Assembly (NCBI GenBank): GCA_964531275.1
Contig: CAZHDZ010000002.1
Span: forward strand, 58,180-122,179
DNA: 64,000 nt
Direction of reading: 5' to 3'
DNA from: an uncultured Gammaproteobacteria bacterium
GTDB lineage: Bacteria > Patescibacteriota > Microgenomatia > Levybacterales > GWA1-39-11
Positions 26,176-36,875 of this stretch are shown here, piece by piece (position 1 is the first letter of the stretch; each line of letters begins with the position of its first letter). The translations under genes and the position numbers were made by a program. The notes under the pieces are model-generated. The model did not search any database, was not told the origin of the DNA, and saw only the letters and a list, made by a program, of their open reading frames with translations.

Positions 26176-28797
26176 TTAGTTGAGGGTTATTATAAGCCGT
26201 GGTGTTGCTCCACTTTCTTTTGTTCCAAATTCTACTCTACCGTTTTGGCCCTCGTCGGTCTTTTTGAGTACCCACCCGTAATTATTTGTCCCGTTCATAA
26301 ATGATTGTATGTCACTTGTGACGTCAATTTCTACTTCTCCACTCTGGTTATTAGTTATTGTTGTGGATGACGTTGGGTTAGCAACAAATGGCCATGAAGG
26401 GCTGTTGGTCATATTCCAAGATGGACTACAGTTATCGCTTTGATTGGCTATATTTGTATCGACAGCACAACTCCAAGTTGTGCCGGATCCTGTCCCTCTG
26501 TAATTGCCATTTCCATTTCCTTCTGTCCATGTCGATGTCAATCTATGAAGGTCTACTGTCCTTCCACTATTTCCCCAATTATTGCCGTTGTCAGAAATTG
26601 TGAAGTATAGCTTTGCGGAATAAGTTGTTGAGGTGCCAATGGCATCTGCAATTTCAGATTGACTGAATTGTACAAGGCCACGATTCTTGCCGGATGATTG
26701 AAGTCTCATCATTGTAGCGGCTCCTTCATTTTCATTCTGACTACCCTGCTTAATATAGGAATCCGAGATTGGGTAGAGCGTGACTGGCTCTGTCTGCCCC
26801 ACATTTACAGTTACTGTTGCAGAACTGTTACCTGTTGCATTCTGATCGTCAGTTATTTTTATGGTAACTTCATATACACCCGGAGTGTTATATTGATGTG
26901 TTAATTCGAAATTAAAACCATCAATAGCTAAAGGCTCATCTCCATTCCCCTCTCCATAGTCAACGGTTCCTGTCCATGAGGTCGAATCAGAGTCAGTGAA
27001 AGAACCAGATTCTGAATAAGTCTGCTCTTCTTCGATTGTTGAGCCAGTAAGTGCTTGTATTACCGGAGCTTCATTTGTTGCGCCCACAACAATGGTGGCC
27101 GTAGCTTCACCGGTTTGATTTTTGTTGTCTTTTACTTTTACTGTAACTGTATAAATACCTGGATTATCGTATTGGTGATTTAGGCTAAAGCTATATGCGT
27201 TTAGAAGAAGTGGTTCTTCTCCTCCTCCATCTCCATAATTAACTGTAGCTACCCAAGGGTAAGCCGTTTCGTCTTCAAAGTAACCATCTTCAGAATATGA
27301 AAATCCTGGATCAATATGCGAACCATTGAGGGGAAAAATTTCTGGAGCTACATTTGGTGGGGGTGTTATGTAAGTGCTCTCGGGAAAGTTAAAATTTACA
27401 GGTTGGGTTTGGGCAACAATATCATTAAGAACATTCCTGTATATTACTCTTACGAGTTGATTAGTCTCAGTAGCAATTTCTTCGCTGAAGGCTTTACAGT
27501 TATTGAGATCATTTAAGGAATTAACTCTAGTGCTGTAAAAAAATGTGTCTTCAGATTCAACACTACACTCAAGGCCGCTACTTGGGAAAGTAAGGAGTGG
27601 TAGTGTTTTAAACGTGACATTGTTGCAAGGTGCATGAAATTGATAATTATTAACTTCAGGGCAATCAGCGGCACCTCCTGTTTCTGGATCATTGTAGGCA
27701 ATATTTTCAAGAGATAACTGAATAGGATTCTCCACATGTACATAGACGGTTGCTTGGCTCCCTTCCAAATTTCGATAATTCGTAGAGTTTTCATTGTCCG
27801 TTATTGCGACTTGCACAGAAAAAGCTCCGGTATCGCCAAAAGAATCGTACGTGTGACTTAACTGGATAGCGTTACCAACAATTTCGATTGGTTCAAAACC
27901 AGCTCCTTCACCATAATCAACTCTTGCCGTCCAGCTAGAAGAATCAGGATCTGAGAAGTTTACCGTTTGTTCATAAGTATCACCTTCAAAGATTGAATCA
28001 CCAAGAAAAGCGTTTACAATGGGTCTTTCGCTCAAACTAAAATTATCACTTCTGCCAATAATTGTTTTGCCAGTGCTATCCGAATTGTATTTTGCTATAA
28101 AAATATAGTAGTTACCAGCTGGAATATTTGGATTTTCCCCAAACTGACAACGATTAATATTTGGAATGTTCGTATTGCTTGTATTGTGCATTCCCCCTTT
28201 TGCAACTAATTGATTGGTTGAAGAGCTATAAATGTCACAGGTGTAACCATTCGAATTTACTAAAATTGGCAGGCTTTCGGTAAGCTGAACATCCAAAAAT
28301 CCGTCATATGTAAATTCAAAACTATCAATGTCAATATTTGGACTAATTGAGGTCGGTAACTCATAATTTACACTAATTGTAGGAGCAGTAAAAGAATGGT
28401 CTTGGTTGTCTGCTGCAGTGAGGTTGGCTTTGTAATATCCGGAAATGTTTGCTAGGGAAGTTGCATTGTAGTCGCAATTTAAGTTAAAGTTTCTGGTTTG
28501 ATCACCTTTTGGAGGCGCATATGTGCATATGCCATCACTAAGTTGAGCTGTTTGTTGATTGTTGGACGGGGCAAAGCCATATGTACTGCTCCCACTAAGG
28601 ATAATTGCATTCACTGGAATCGGGGGATTAGGGCTTTCGCATGTAAATCCGAACTCGTGTTCAGTTTCTGTAAAATTGTGTACTTGATCAGGACTGCAAG
28701 AAAGATTAACTGTTGTTGCAAATTGAGGTGATGCAATTGTTAGAAATAATAAGGCAAAAAAGGAAAAGCTTATTGCTTTTGATAAATTTAAACTCAC
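26176..28797 (-). CDS. Secreted multidomain protein with three PKD-like domains and a C-terminal carbohydrate-binding-like (DNRLRE-like) domain.
   Basis: 873 aa with a signal peptide (MSLNLSKAISFSFFALLFLTIASPQF). Three repeats fit the PKD pattern (VDYGEG.G.EP....F.L.H.Y...G.Y.V.V...D). The C-terminus has LHRLTS.WTEG and a W/G-rich beta region. Confidence 0.6.
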   Translation of the reverse strand: MSLNLSKAISFSFFALLFLTIASPQFATTVNLSCSPDQVHNFTETEHEFGFTCESPNPPIPVNAIILSGSSTYGFAPSNNQQTAQLSDGICTYAPPKGDQTRNFNLNCDYNATSLANISGYYKANLTAADNQDHSFTAPTISVNYELPTSISPNIDIDSFEFTYDGFLDVQLTESLPILVNSNGYTCDIYSSSTNQLVAKGGMHNTSNTNIPNINRCQFGENPNIPAGNYYIFIAKYNSDSTGKTIIGRSDNFSLSERPIVNAFLGDSIFEGDTYEQTVNFSDPDSSSWTARVDYGEGAGFEPIEIVGNAIQLSHTYDSFGDTGAFSVQVAITDNENSTNYRNLEGSQATVYVHVENPIQLSLENIAYNDPETGGAADCPEVNNYQFHAPCNNVTFKTLPLLTFPSSGLECSVESEDTFFYSTRVNSLNDLNNCKAFSEEIATETNQLVRVIYRNVLNDIVAQTQPVNFNFPESTYITPPPNVAPEIFPLNGSHIDPGFSYSEDGYFEDETAYPWVATVNYGDGGGEEPLLLNAYSFSLNHQYDNPGIYTVTVKVKDNKNQTGEATATIVVGATNEAPVIQALTGSTIEEEQTYSESGSFTDSDSTSWTGTVDYGEGNGDEPLAIDGFNFELTHQYNTPGVYEVTIKITDDQNATGNSSATVTVNVGQTEPVTLYPISDSYIKQGSQNENEGAATMMRLQSSGKNRGLVQFSQSEIADAIGTSTTYSAKLYFTISDNGNNWGNSGRTVDLHRLTSTWTEGNGNGNYRGTGSGTTWSCAVDTNIANQSDNCSPSWNMTNSPSWPFVANPTSSTTITNNQSGEVEIDVTSDIQSFMNGTNNYGWVLKKTDEGQNGRVEFGTKESGATPRLIITLN

Positions 28798-28902
28798 TAC
28801 CTAAAACTTATCATATGTCTATTTTTTGTCAATGTATCATTATTTTTCTATTAATTCTTGCACTATATATAGGTATGCTATACTGAATGTAACCTCAAAT
28901 TT

Positions 28903-31900
28903 ATGAATGTTAAGGTAGTCTTGGCTGGCATATTCTCTCTTGTCTTAGTTATTGGTTTTGGTGTTTATTTTTTGCAAAGTACTCCGTCGGTTTCAACAAT
29001 GCCTCGAGTAGCAAGTTTGATTTCACCATCGGAAGTAAAGCGAGAGATAGTTCAGTATCCCATTAACCCCAACATAACTATTGAGGTTGAAGCGCAAAAG
29101 ATTCCCGAGTTTGCGCTAGATATTTCAGACCCTAAGTATGAAAGAATTCTTGATGCATCAAGCGAGGAGCTCAATAAGCTTGCGAGCGTCAACGTATCGC
29201 ATGATGTGCGTACTGCAAACTTAGATACAAAATTAGCTGTAAATAAAGAAAAGAAAGAGCTTTTAGTGTCTGCCAAGGATATTCCAAATTTTAAGCCTGG
29301 CCTTTATACAATAAGTATGACTCTTCGTACCCTTGAGGGTGAGGTAAATCTTGAGCAAGATTTTGCATGGGGAGTTCTTGCCGTCAATACTAAAAAATCG
29401 GTTTATGCTCCTGGTGAAAAGGTGAATATTGGTATTGGTGTTCTGGATGATGGTGGTAATACCCAATGCAGAACTGGCTTTAATCATCTCTCCTCTCTCA
29501 GAATGACAGTTACTGCTCCTGGTGGTAAGGTTGCTGAGTACAATATCGAAGACAATTCAATTAAGGATAGCGGAAAATGTGCTGCTACCTCAGTTACCAA
29601 TGAGGCTGACTTTCAGGCTGAATACTTTAGTACAAATGAGCCAGGCGTTTATCAAATTTTTGTTGAATCCACGGTTAAGGGTAAAATAAGAAGTATTAAA
29701 GATTATTTTAAGGTCGATCCAAATGTTAAATTTGACGTTGAAAGAACAAGTTTTCCAACCCGTATCTATCCTTTTGCTCCTTATCCTGCAACTTTTAAAA
29801 TAACCTCAAAAGAGGATTATGAGGGTAAAGTTACAGATATTATGCCAGCTTTTTTTGACATTAAAAATGTCGGTGACAATGGAACAGTTACAGTTGTTGG
29901 TGATTATAAAGTGATAACCTGGCAAGTATCGCTTAAAAAAGGACAATCTCAAGAATTTACTTATCTTATTAAATTCCCACCTGTTTCTCCTGAATTCTAT
30001 TTGATAGGGCCAATAAAAGTTGGCAATTTTACAGAAGCTAGACAATGGCAAATAGCCTCAGATGCTATCAATTCCACATCTGGAGTTCTTGCTTATGAGG
30101 ATAATTCAGGTAGTACGACATGGTATAGATTATGGACAGGAACAGTGTGGAGTCCACTTGCCGGGTCAGCAGCTATCTCGGTGGACACAACTGGAGACAC
30201 CCCTGATGATAGTAGATGGTTTCGAATGGTTAGTAGTCCAAAGACCGGAGAAAAGCTTCTTGCCGCTTATGATAATTGCGGTGCACCAATAAGTACTGAA
30301 TGTATTTGGATGTATCGCTGGACAGGTACTGCTTGGGTTGAAGACTTCACAGTGAACGCAAATACACCTGATACTAATACTAATCTCATGGATGTAACCT
30401 ACGAAGAGCTGTCAGGGGAAGCTCTTTTTGTGTTTGGTGATAGTACTACGCAGCTTAAATACAGGCATAGATCAGGTGGCTCTTGGACGGCCACTTTGAA
30501 TGCAGGTACTGCTTTGGATTCGAGAAAAAAGTGGGTGAGAGCAAAATCTCAGTTTAATACGGACGCAATCCTTGTGGGATATCTAAATGACAATGAGCGT
30601 ACTGGAGCGTTGATATGGGATGGATCGACCAATACTTTTGGTGATCAATTTGAAGATGATGATTCTCCCGCTCAATCAGAAACAGCAACGAGCGATGAAT
30701 CGGCTTTTGATATAGCCTGGGAGACACAAAGTGGTACCCCAATGATGTTTTGGGGGAATACATCTCAGCAATTAATGTACCGTGAATTTACAGGTGGCTC
30801 TTGGTCGGGTGAGACCGCTATTTACACTACTGACGCTGATGCTGCAAATGATTTGGATTGGGTTACAGCAGCTGCAGACCCCACGTCCTCCAGCAACTAC
30901 ATTGCCCTTGCCATGCAGGAGGATTTGGATGATGATGGAACGGATGAGACTATAGATTGTGAATTTGGAATGTGGACGGGATCTGGCGTTGAGTCTCTAG
31001 GAGGTCTTGTAACATGTAGAAGTGATAACGATGGGAGACTTAACAATGTGGCATTTGAGAATACAGGTGGAAGAGCCGTATTTGTCTATGTAACAAGCGC
31101 TGATGGCAATAGTCTTACCTACAGAACATGGACAACGGGCGACGCCAGTCCAGGAACAAGCACCGCTATAACGGGTAACGTGGGGGATGATGGAGTTGAA
31201 CTTATAGAGTCTGTTCAGCTTCACACTGATCTTAATACAACCAGCATGATTGCTCTTGTTTCGGATTCCGACGCAGAATTGAGCGGGACGGATCTATATT
31301 CTTGGACATGGGATGGTTCTTCGTGGGCTTATAATTCCACTTCTTTACATGCTGCAATACAAAATGCAGGTGAAAATGCTGAAGCTTATGGGTTTGGATT
31401 TGATCGTAATCTTGAACAACAGGTTGCATACAGGTGGTTTGCAAATAGTGGCACAGTAGCTGTAGCCTCTGCTATTGGGTCTCAAGATACTCCGGCGCTT
31501 CTAACTTCTGCCAATCAACAATTTAGACTCCGGCTTCTAATTGCTACTACGGACACTCTTGGTACGAGCTTTAGGGACTATAAGTTGCAGTATGTTGATC
31601 CTGGTACAGGAACCTGCGCTTCCCCTACCGGGGGAACTCCATCAACCTGGACTGACGTACCGACAAGTGGAGGTTCTACGGTTTCATTCCATAACAACGC
31701 AACTCCTTCAGATGGAGACAATTTGACCGCAAACGGTTCACTTGATCCGACCTATCCTGGTACAACAAATGTTGCACAGGATTACGAGGAGGCAAACAAC
31801 TTCACTAATAGCGTGGCCTCCATAACTGCCGATACCCAGGTGGGCCTTTGGGATTTTTCACTGGTAGACAATACCTCCTTTGATCGTACTGCTCAGACTT

Positions 31901-32040
31901 ACTGTTTCCGTGTTGCGCGCACAAGCAATGTTGCGTTGCGGATTGGAATATATCCTCAGATTTCAACAGCTGCAGTTGATGATGTTCTTATTCAAGGGGG
32001 AACACAAATAAATCAAGGTACTTCGATAAACAACCCTTAG
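28903..32040 (+). CDS. Large membrane-anchored or secreted exoprotein with W-rich ~55-aa repeats (beta-propeller-like); function unknown.
   Basis: 1,045 aa. N-terminal signal anchor MNVKVVLAGIFSLVLVIGFGVYFL resembles that of the 24978 gene. Repeats include WYRLWTGTVWSPL, WMYRWTGTAWVEDF, KYRHRSGGSWTATL and MYREFTGGSWSGETAIY. An upstream promoter-like TTGCAC-17-TATACT sits at 28858-28886. Confidence 0.6.
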   Translation: MNVKVVLAGIFSLVLVIGFGVYFLQSTPSVSTMPRVASLISPSEVKREIVQYPINPNITIEVEAQKIPEFALDISDPKYERILDASSEELNKLASVNVSHDVRTANLDTKLAVNKEKKELLVSAKDIPNFKPGLYTISMTLRTLEGEVNLEQDFAWGVLAVNTKKSVYAPGEKVNIGIGVLDDGGNTQCRTGFNHLSSLRMTVTAPGGKVAEYNIEDNSIKDSGKCAATSVTNEADFQAEYFSTNEPGVYQIFVESTVKGKIRSIKDYFKVDPNVKFDVERTSFPTRIYPFAPYPATFKITSKEDYEGKVTDIMPAFFDIKNVGDNGTVTVVGDYKVITWQVSLKKGQSQEFTYLIKFPPVSPEFYLIGPIKVGNFTEARQWQIASDAINSTSGVLAYEDNSGSTTWYRLWTGTVWSPLAGSAAISVDTTGDTPDDSRWFRMVSSPKTGEKLLAAYDNCGAPISTECIWMYRWTGTAWVEDFTVNANTPDTNTNLMDVTYEELSGEALFVFGDSTTQLKYRHRSGGSWTATLNAGTALDSRKKWVRAKSQFNTDAILVGYLNDNERTGALIWDGSTNTFGDQFEDDDSPAQSETATSDESAFDIAWETQSGTPMMFWGNTSQQLMYREFTGGSWSGETAIYTTDADAANDLDWVTAAADPTSSSNYIALAMQEDLDDDGTDETIDCEFGMWTGSGVESLGGLVTCRSDNDGRLNNVAFENTGGRAVFVYVTSADGNSLTYRTWTTGDASPGTSTAITGNVGDDGVELIESVQLHTDLNTTSMIALVSDSDAELSGTDLYSWTWDGSSWAYNSTSLHAAIQNAGENAEAYGFGFDRNLEQQVAYRWFANSGTVAVASAIGSQDTPALLTSANQQFRLRLLIATTDTLGTSFRDYKLQYVDPGTGTCASPTGGTPSTWTDVPTSGGSTVSFHNNATPSDGDNLTANGSLDPTYPGTTNVAQDYEEANNFTNSVASITADTQVGLWDFSLVDNTSFDRTAQTYCFRVARTSNVALRIGIYPQISTAAVDDVLIQGGTQINQGTSINNP

Positions 32041-32525
32041 TTCTCCCAGTTATTCTTGCTCTCTACCCTCTTGGTTAAATAGTATGGTTTTTCTTTTTAC
32101 CGCCTCCTCCATTCTTGTTGTAAGGGGCATTTACTCAAGTAATTCCGCCGTCAGGTTTGTAATACGAGAATGTTTTCGGTTGTAACCATAGCTTGTTTAT
32201 CATTGAAGTTTCTCGCTTATGTCCCACTTAAGGTTCATCCTTAATGAACTTAAACTAGATTAACCTAAGGATCGACCTTTGATAGCCTCAGTTAAGCTCT
32301 GTCCTTCGTCAGTCTCAGCGAATGTTTAAGCTTAAAGTAATCACAATAGAAAATAAGTCAAAGCCGGGGATTTAGTGAAATAAATAGACCTTAATGTTTA
32401 GAACAAGGAGTATCTTTGTTGAGAAGGTATTAAGCTAAATATGAAGTGAAAGTATTTCTATCAAGTTTAATTAAAAAACTAAACTACAATTAATCATGAA
32501 TCAGTTGATCAATTTATCAGAAGTC

Positions 32526-34811
32526 TTATTCTGTTGCAGCTTGAGTAGGCGTTGGAGAAAGGTTAGGAAGATTTGTATTTGGATTTCTTCTAACAGCTGC
32601 TGGTGTTGATACTTCAGGAGCATCATCAAGACCGTCTACGTTTACTCCGTCAGGTAGATTTGATTGTCCAGAAGGAATTGTTGCGCCGCTCTTTGCTGCA
32701 TCTGGGTTCTTTGCAATTGTGTCATTGATCTCTTTGACTAATGCTGTTGCGATCTTGAAGTCTTGAGAGTCTTTGTTCTTTGAGAGTAAGTTTGCAGCTT
32801 GTTCAGCAACTAGCTTTGCATTATTTAGGTCTCCTTTGTCGCGAAGTGCGATTGCAAGGTTGAAGTATGCATTTGCATTGTCTGGTTTTAGGTTTGCAGC
32901 GTCAGTGAAGAATCGGATAGCTAGATCATAGTTCTTAGCTTGATAGTAGATTCCTCCAACGCTAATTCTAAGTGCAGGATTCAATGGATCTCTCTGAATT
33001 GCTCTTCCGTATGCATCTAGTGAGAATGTAAGCGCGTTTTGTGCAACTCCAGTGATGTTTCTGTATATAGATGCTAATACTTCCCAATTTCTCGCTGAAA
33101 GAGGTGATAGTGCTACAGCTACTCTTCCTTCGTTTATAGACTGTGAAAGAAGTGTCTGGATTGTTCTTCTATCCTGATCAGTCAAAGAACCTTGTGGATT
33201 TGCTTCAGTTGGGCCCTTTTGAGTTGCGATTGCATTTGCAAGAGCAAAGTTAGTTTGTGCCATGTCAATTCTGTAAAGGTCGATGTATGGGTTGAGTGAT
33301 TCTGCTTTCTGCAAATTAGTGTAGGTTGCATTTCCGCTCTTGTTAGCCTGCAATAATGCTTGTCTGTGGTAGAAATCAGCCATTATTGTGTTGTATGCGT
33401 TGTAAAGAACAGGTGCAGCACCAACTAGGAAGACTACGAATACAATTACAGGAAGTAGGTCAAATTGTTTATCATCTGCAGTTGAAGCTTTTAGGCCCAT
33501 TGAAAGGTTCATAACTTTGTCACGAATTTGTTTCTGAGATGCCATAAGGGCTGCAAATACGATTATCATTCCGACAACCGATACTAAGGTTGTTGCGTGT
33601 AGAGCTAGTAAGAGTACTGCTACTAGTGATCCAACAGCAAGAGAAGGAGTTATTATGTGAGTTCCGTCAGAATCTGTTGCTGGAAGAGAAAGAACTTTTC
33701 TTGTGTTATTAAGTACTACTAGACATATTATTGTTAGAGAAAGCAGTCCGAGTAGTCCAAGGGTGCCCCAAACTTGTAGGAATTCATTGTAAGCTGAGTC
33801 AAAAGTGAAATTCCAGTAGTTAAGTACATTGAACTCTAATGGCTTGTAGCTTGTGAAGTTGAACAGGTATGTTGATGGACCAGTACCTAGCAATGGAGCA
33901 TCTCTGAAAGCAGATGCACTAACTTTCCATGAGATAGCAAAAGGAAGTTGGATTTCTCGTGGGAATTTAGATTGCATGTCGTGAATACCGTTGCCTGGGA
34001 AAGGAAGGTATGCAAGAACTAGAATTACAACAGCTACAGCAGCTGGTGCTAAGAATAACGGTAATGCCTTTCGGAATTTAGCAACCTTGTGAGGCTTTGC
34101 GACCAAGAAACAAAGTGCGAATACTACTGCAAGCGCAATGTATGTGGGAACAGATCCTATAAGAGCTATAGTTGCAGCGAACAAAATAGATAGAGTTAAG
34201 GCTGCGGGGGTAGGTAGGAATTTATTTACGCTAATAGTTGAGAGTAATGGCAATGGTAAGAGCATTAATAGAAATGCAACTGTTGAGAAGGATGAGCCTG
34301 TTGTAGTGAAATTAACCGCTTGTGCGAAATTGAATGGAAGGAATAGCCCAAAGAATGAAAGTACACTTACTAAAGCAACTGCTGCTGCACTTCCATAGAC
34401 TACATATAATAAAGTCTTGAGTCGTACTACTGATTTGAGGTTGGATACGGTTACAAAATATAGCAATATATAGGTTACCCAAGATACTGCTGAGCCATGA
34501 ACACGAGGAAAATTGCCGTAAATAGCCTGATATTTTGAAATACTGAAGAATGCAGACACAACAATTATTCCCAATAGAAGCAAGAGAGGAATATCTAATG
34601 GAGTTCTTGTTATTTGTACCTTACCTTTTAATATCCAAGAGAAAATCCAAAGTCCTAGAAGCACAACTGTCGAAACAACTAAGAAAGCCAGTTTTGGCAT
34701 TTCGTAGAATTCAGTTGTTTGGTTAACAAAGAATAAAGGAGTTAATCCTCCTACAACCAGGAGAAGAAAAGCAATAGCATTGTCGATGACTGATGATATC
34801 TGATTTCGCAT
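32526..34811 (-). CDS. Polytopic membrane protein with an O-antigen-ligase-like (Wzy_C-type) core and C-terminal TPR repeats.
   Basis: 761 aa with ~12 predicted TM helices in the first ~430 aa. The C-terminal soluble region holds TPR-like repeats (AYFNLAIALRDKGDLNNAKLVAEQA; YYQAKNYDLAIRFFTDAANLKPDNANAYFNLA). Confidence 0.5.
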   Translation of the reverse strand: MRNQISSVIDNAIAFLLLVVGGLTPLFFVNQTTEFYEMPKLAFLVVSTVVLLGLWIFSWILKGKVQITRTPLDIPLLLLLGIIVVSAFFSISKYQAIYGNFPRVHGSAVSWVTYILLYFVTVSNLKSVVRLKTLLYVVYGSAAAVALVSVLSFFGLFLPFNFAQAVNFTTTGSSFSTVAFLLMLLPLPLLSTISVNKFLPTPAALTLSILFAATIALIGSVPTYIALAVVFALCFLVAKPHKVAKFRKALPLFLAPAAVAVVILVLAYLPFPGNGIHDMQSKFPREIQLPFAISWKVSASAFRDAPLLGTGPSTYLFNFTSYKPLEFNVLNYWNFTFDSAYNEFLQVWGTLGLLGLLSLTIICLVVLNNTRKVLSLPATDSDGTHIITPSLAVGSLVAVLLLALHATTLVSVVGMIIVFAALMASQKQIRDKVMNLSMGLKASTADDKQFDLLPVIVFVVFLVGAAPVLYNAYNTIMADFYHRQALLQANKSGNATYTNLQKAESLNPYIDLYRIDMAQTNFALANAIATQKGPTEANPQGSLTDQDRRTIQTLLSQSINEGRVAVALSPLSARNWEVLASIYRNITGVAQNALTFSLDAYGRAIQRDPLNPALRISVGGIYYQAKNYDLAIRFFTDAANLKPDNANAYFNLAIALRDKGDLNNAKLVAEQAANLLSKNKDSQDFKIATALVKEINDTIAKNPDAAKSGATIPSGQSNLPDGVNVDGLDDAPEVSTPAAVRRNPNTNLPNLSPTPTQAATE

Positions 34812-34931
34812 AGCGATAATTTATATAATCACAATTTAAAAAACGCGTCAAGTAGCAAAATTGGACTATGTCTATAGCATTTTCGGTGATACCCTCCTTT
34901 TGGAAAGTACCCCTTTTTTAGGGAGTTTTTT

Positions 34932-36875
34932 CTAACCTAATGAAGCCTTAAATTGGGTGGTAAGTATGTACTCTATATCTTTTCTAGCTGGTTCTATGTC
35001 GCTAGTTGTGAGACTTTTTGCTCTACTCATATAGGTAATCCTGAATGTTTTTTTTGTTTTGTATACATCAAGAAGCGATACGGCATACACCAATTCGCTT
35101 GACTCCTTTAATGCTTTTTCAATTTTTGCAAAAGGATAATGTGCTGGGATCTCTACTCTAACATCTTCAATAAGTGGTGGGAATTTTGCCGGCTCTTTAT
35201 ATTTTTTCTTTGAATTTGCATGCGCAAGTAGTTCTTGCATGTCAATTTCGATCGTTATGTCCTCTTCCGCTTCTATTGACCCTATACTTTTCCCAGAGAT
35301 CATGATACTTGCTCCCTCTATCCCCTCTTTTTTCTTTTCAAAAGAGATATTAGATATACCAAGAACTTTCGCAACAGATTCCACTATTCCCTTTCCATCA
35401 AAAAAAGTAGCATCTGGTTTTCTTATGACAACTGCCAGATGAAGAATCTCGTCTGGTAAGCCTTTTGGTTTTTTTACATATATATTGGCTAATTCAAAAA
35501 GTTGAATGTCGGTAGATTTATTTTGGTTTGCTATTTCTACAACACTTGGTATAAGAGAATTTCTCAGATATGTCTTATCTTCAGTTAGTGGATTTTTAAG
35601 CTTGAGAGCGTTTTCAATTGGACCATCAAACAATTCTTCAGTTACCAATGAGTAGGTATAGACTTCGTTGTAACCCCAAAATCGGAATGCCTCTTTTACT
35701 TTTTGTATCCAATAAAATTCGTTTTGATCTTGATGGTAATTCGTTTGTTCTGTGAGGGCTGGTAACGAATTAGGGATTTTATGATACCCATATACACGGG
35801 CTACCTCTTCGATTATATCTTCAGGGATATCAATATCATTTACTCTTGATGTGAAGATTTCGACTGAGAATTCATCACCTTCTACTGCAACAGTAAAGCC
35901 TAAGCTTGTTAGTATGTCGACAATTGTTTTTTGAGGAATATCAATACCTATTACAGAGTCAATTTTTTCCTTAGTTACTTTAATAGTTTTTGATTTTATT
36001 TTATTTGGATAAATATCAATGATTGGAGAAAGTAATTTCGCATTTGCGTATTTCTTCAGAAGTTCAATGCCCGTAACAAGAGTTGGAAGCATAATGTCTG
36101 GGTTAATTCCTTTTTCATTTAACACTGCGGCCTCAGTGCGTATTCCTAAATTCATAGAAGTCTTTCGAAGTAGATTGTGATTATTATTATCAAGGAATAG
36201 AACTATTCTTTTTGTATCCTCGACTACTACACTATTTGCAGTACCCATAATTCCAAGTAAGTCCACAATATTTCCAGTGCCGTCGTCTGCGACAATGTCA
36301 TTTCCTGGGAGGGTGTATTCCTTGCCGTCAAGAGTTGTTATCTTTTCGCCCTTTTTCGATTTCCTTATGTTGAGTGTGTGATTGGGAAGACGGTCATAGT
36401 CAAAAACATGTGATGGGTGTCCAATTTCGCGCATAATATAATTTGTTACATCCACCGCATTATTAATGGAACGGATGCCAGTCTTAGTAAGTCGATCAGA
36501 AATATGCTCAGGGGAAGCATGAAGATCAATTTCTAGCACTACAGCCATTATTCGGTTTACAAGCTCCGGGTCACCCGAAATTGTCAGAAGATTACTTTTG
36601 CCGGTGGGGGTATTGTAGGCAATTTTTTGAGGCTTGAATTTTGCGGTATATCCCTGCTGGGGAAGAACTGCAGATGCTTCTCGAGCGATCCCAATAATGC
36701 TCATAAGATCTGGTCTATTTGTTGTTACTTCTATGTCATACACATAGTCATCCCCAATCTTTTCAATGCGTTCTATTGAGACACTTGTAAGACTCATAGC
36801 ATCGGCAAATTGTTGAGGAGTTGCATTTGTTTCTAGATAGTCAGAAAGCCAACTGTTTGGTATTAAAATATTCAT
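34932..36875 (-). CDS. pheT: Phenylalanine--tRNA ligase beta subunit (short form, 647 aa).
   Basis: B3/4 and B5 region motifs, FDYDRL, and position directly downstream of pheS. Shorter than the canonical ~800 aa. Confidence 0.85.
   Translation of the reverse strand: MNILIPNSWLSDYLETNATPQQFADAMSLTSVSIERIEKIGDDYVYDIEVTTNRPDLMSIIGIAREASAVLPQQGYTAKFKPQKIAYNTPTGKSNLLTISGDPELVNRIMAVVLEIDLHASPEHISDRLTKTGIRSINNAVDVTNYIMREIGHPSHVFDYDRLPNHTLNIRKSKKGEKITTLDGKEYTLPGNDIVADDGTGNIVDLLGIMGTANSVVVEDTKRIVLFLDNNNHNLLRKTSMNLGIRTEAAVLNEKGINPDIMLPTLVTGIELLKKYANAKLLSPIIDIYPNKIKSKTIKVTKEKIDSVIGIDIPQKTIVDILTSLGFTVAVEGDEFSVEIFTSRVNDIDIPEDIIEEVARVYGYHKIPNSLPALTEQTNYHQDQNEFYWIQKVKEAFRFWGYNEVYTYSLVTEELFDGPIENALKLKNPLTEDKTYLRNSLIPSVVEIANQNKSTDIQLFELANIYVKKPKGLPDEILHLAVVIRKPDATFFDGKGIVESVAKVLGISNISFEKKKEGIEGASIMISGKSIGSIEAEEDITIEIDMQELLAHANSKKKYKEPAKFPPLIEDVRVEIPAHYPFAKIEKALKESSELVYAVSLLDVYKTKKTFRITYMSRAKSLTTSDIEPARKDIEYILTTQFKASLG

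Noticed and set aside
26101-31726. Short ORFs inside or antisense to the PKD-protein and W-repeat-protein genes (for example 26388..26603, 27513..27794, 29052..29276, 29806..30051, 30062..30292, 30997..31224).
   Set aside because: They are embedded in longer genes on the other strand or frame, with low-complexity composition typical of AT-rich antisense frames.
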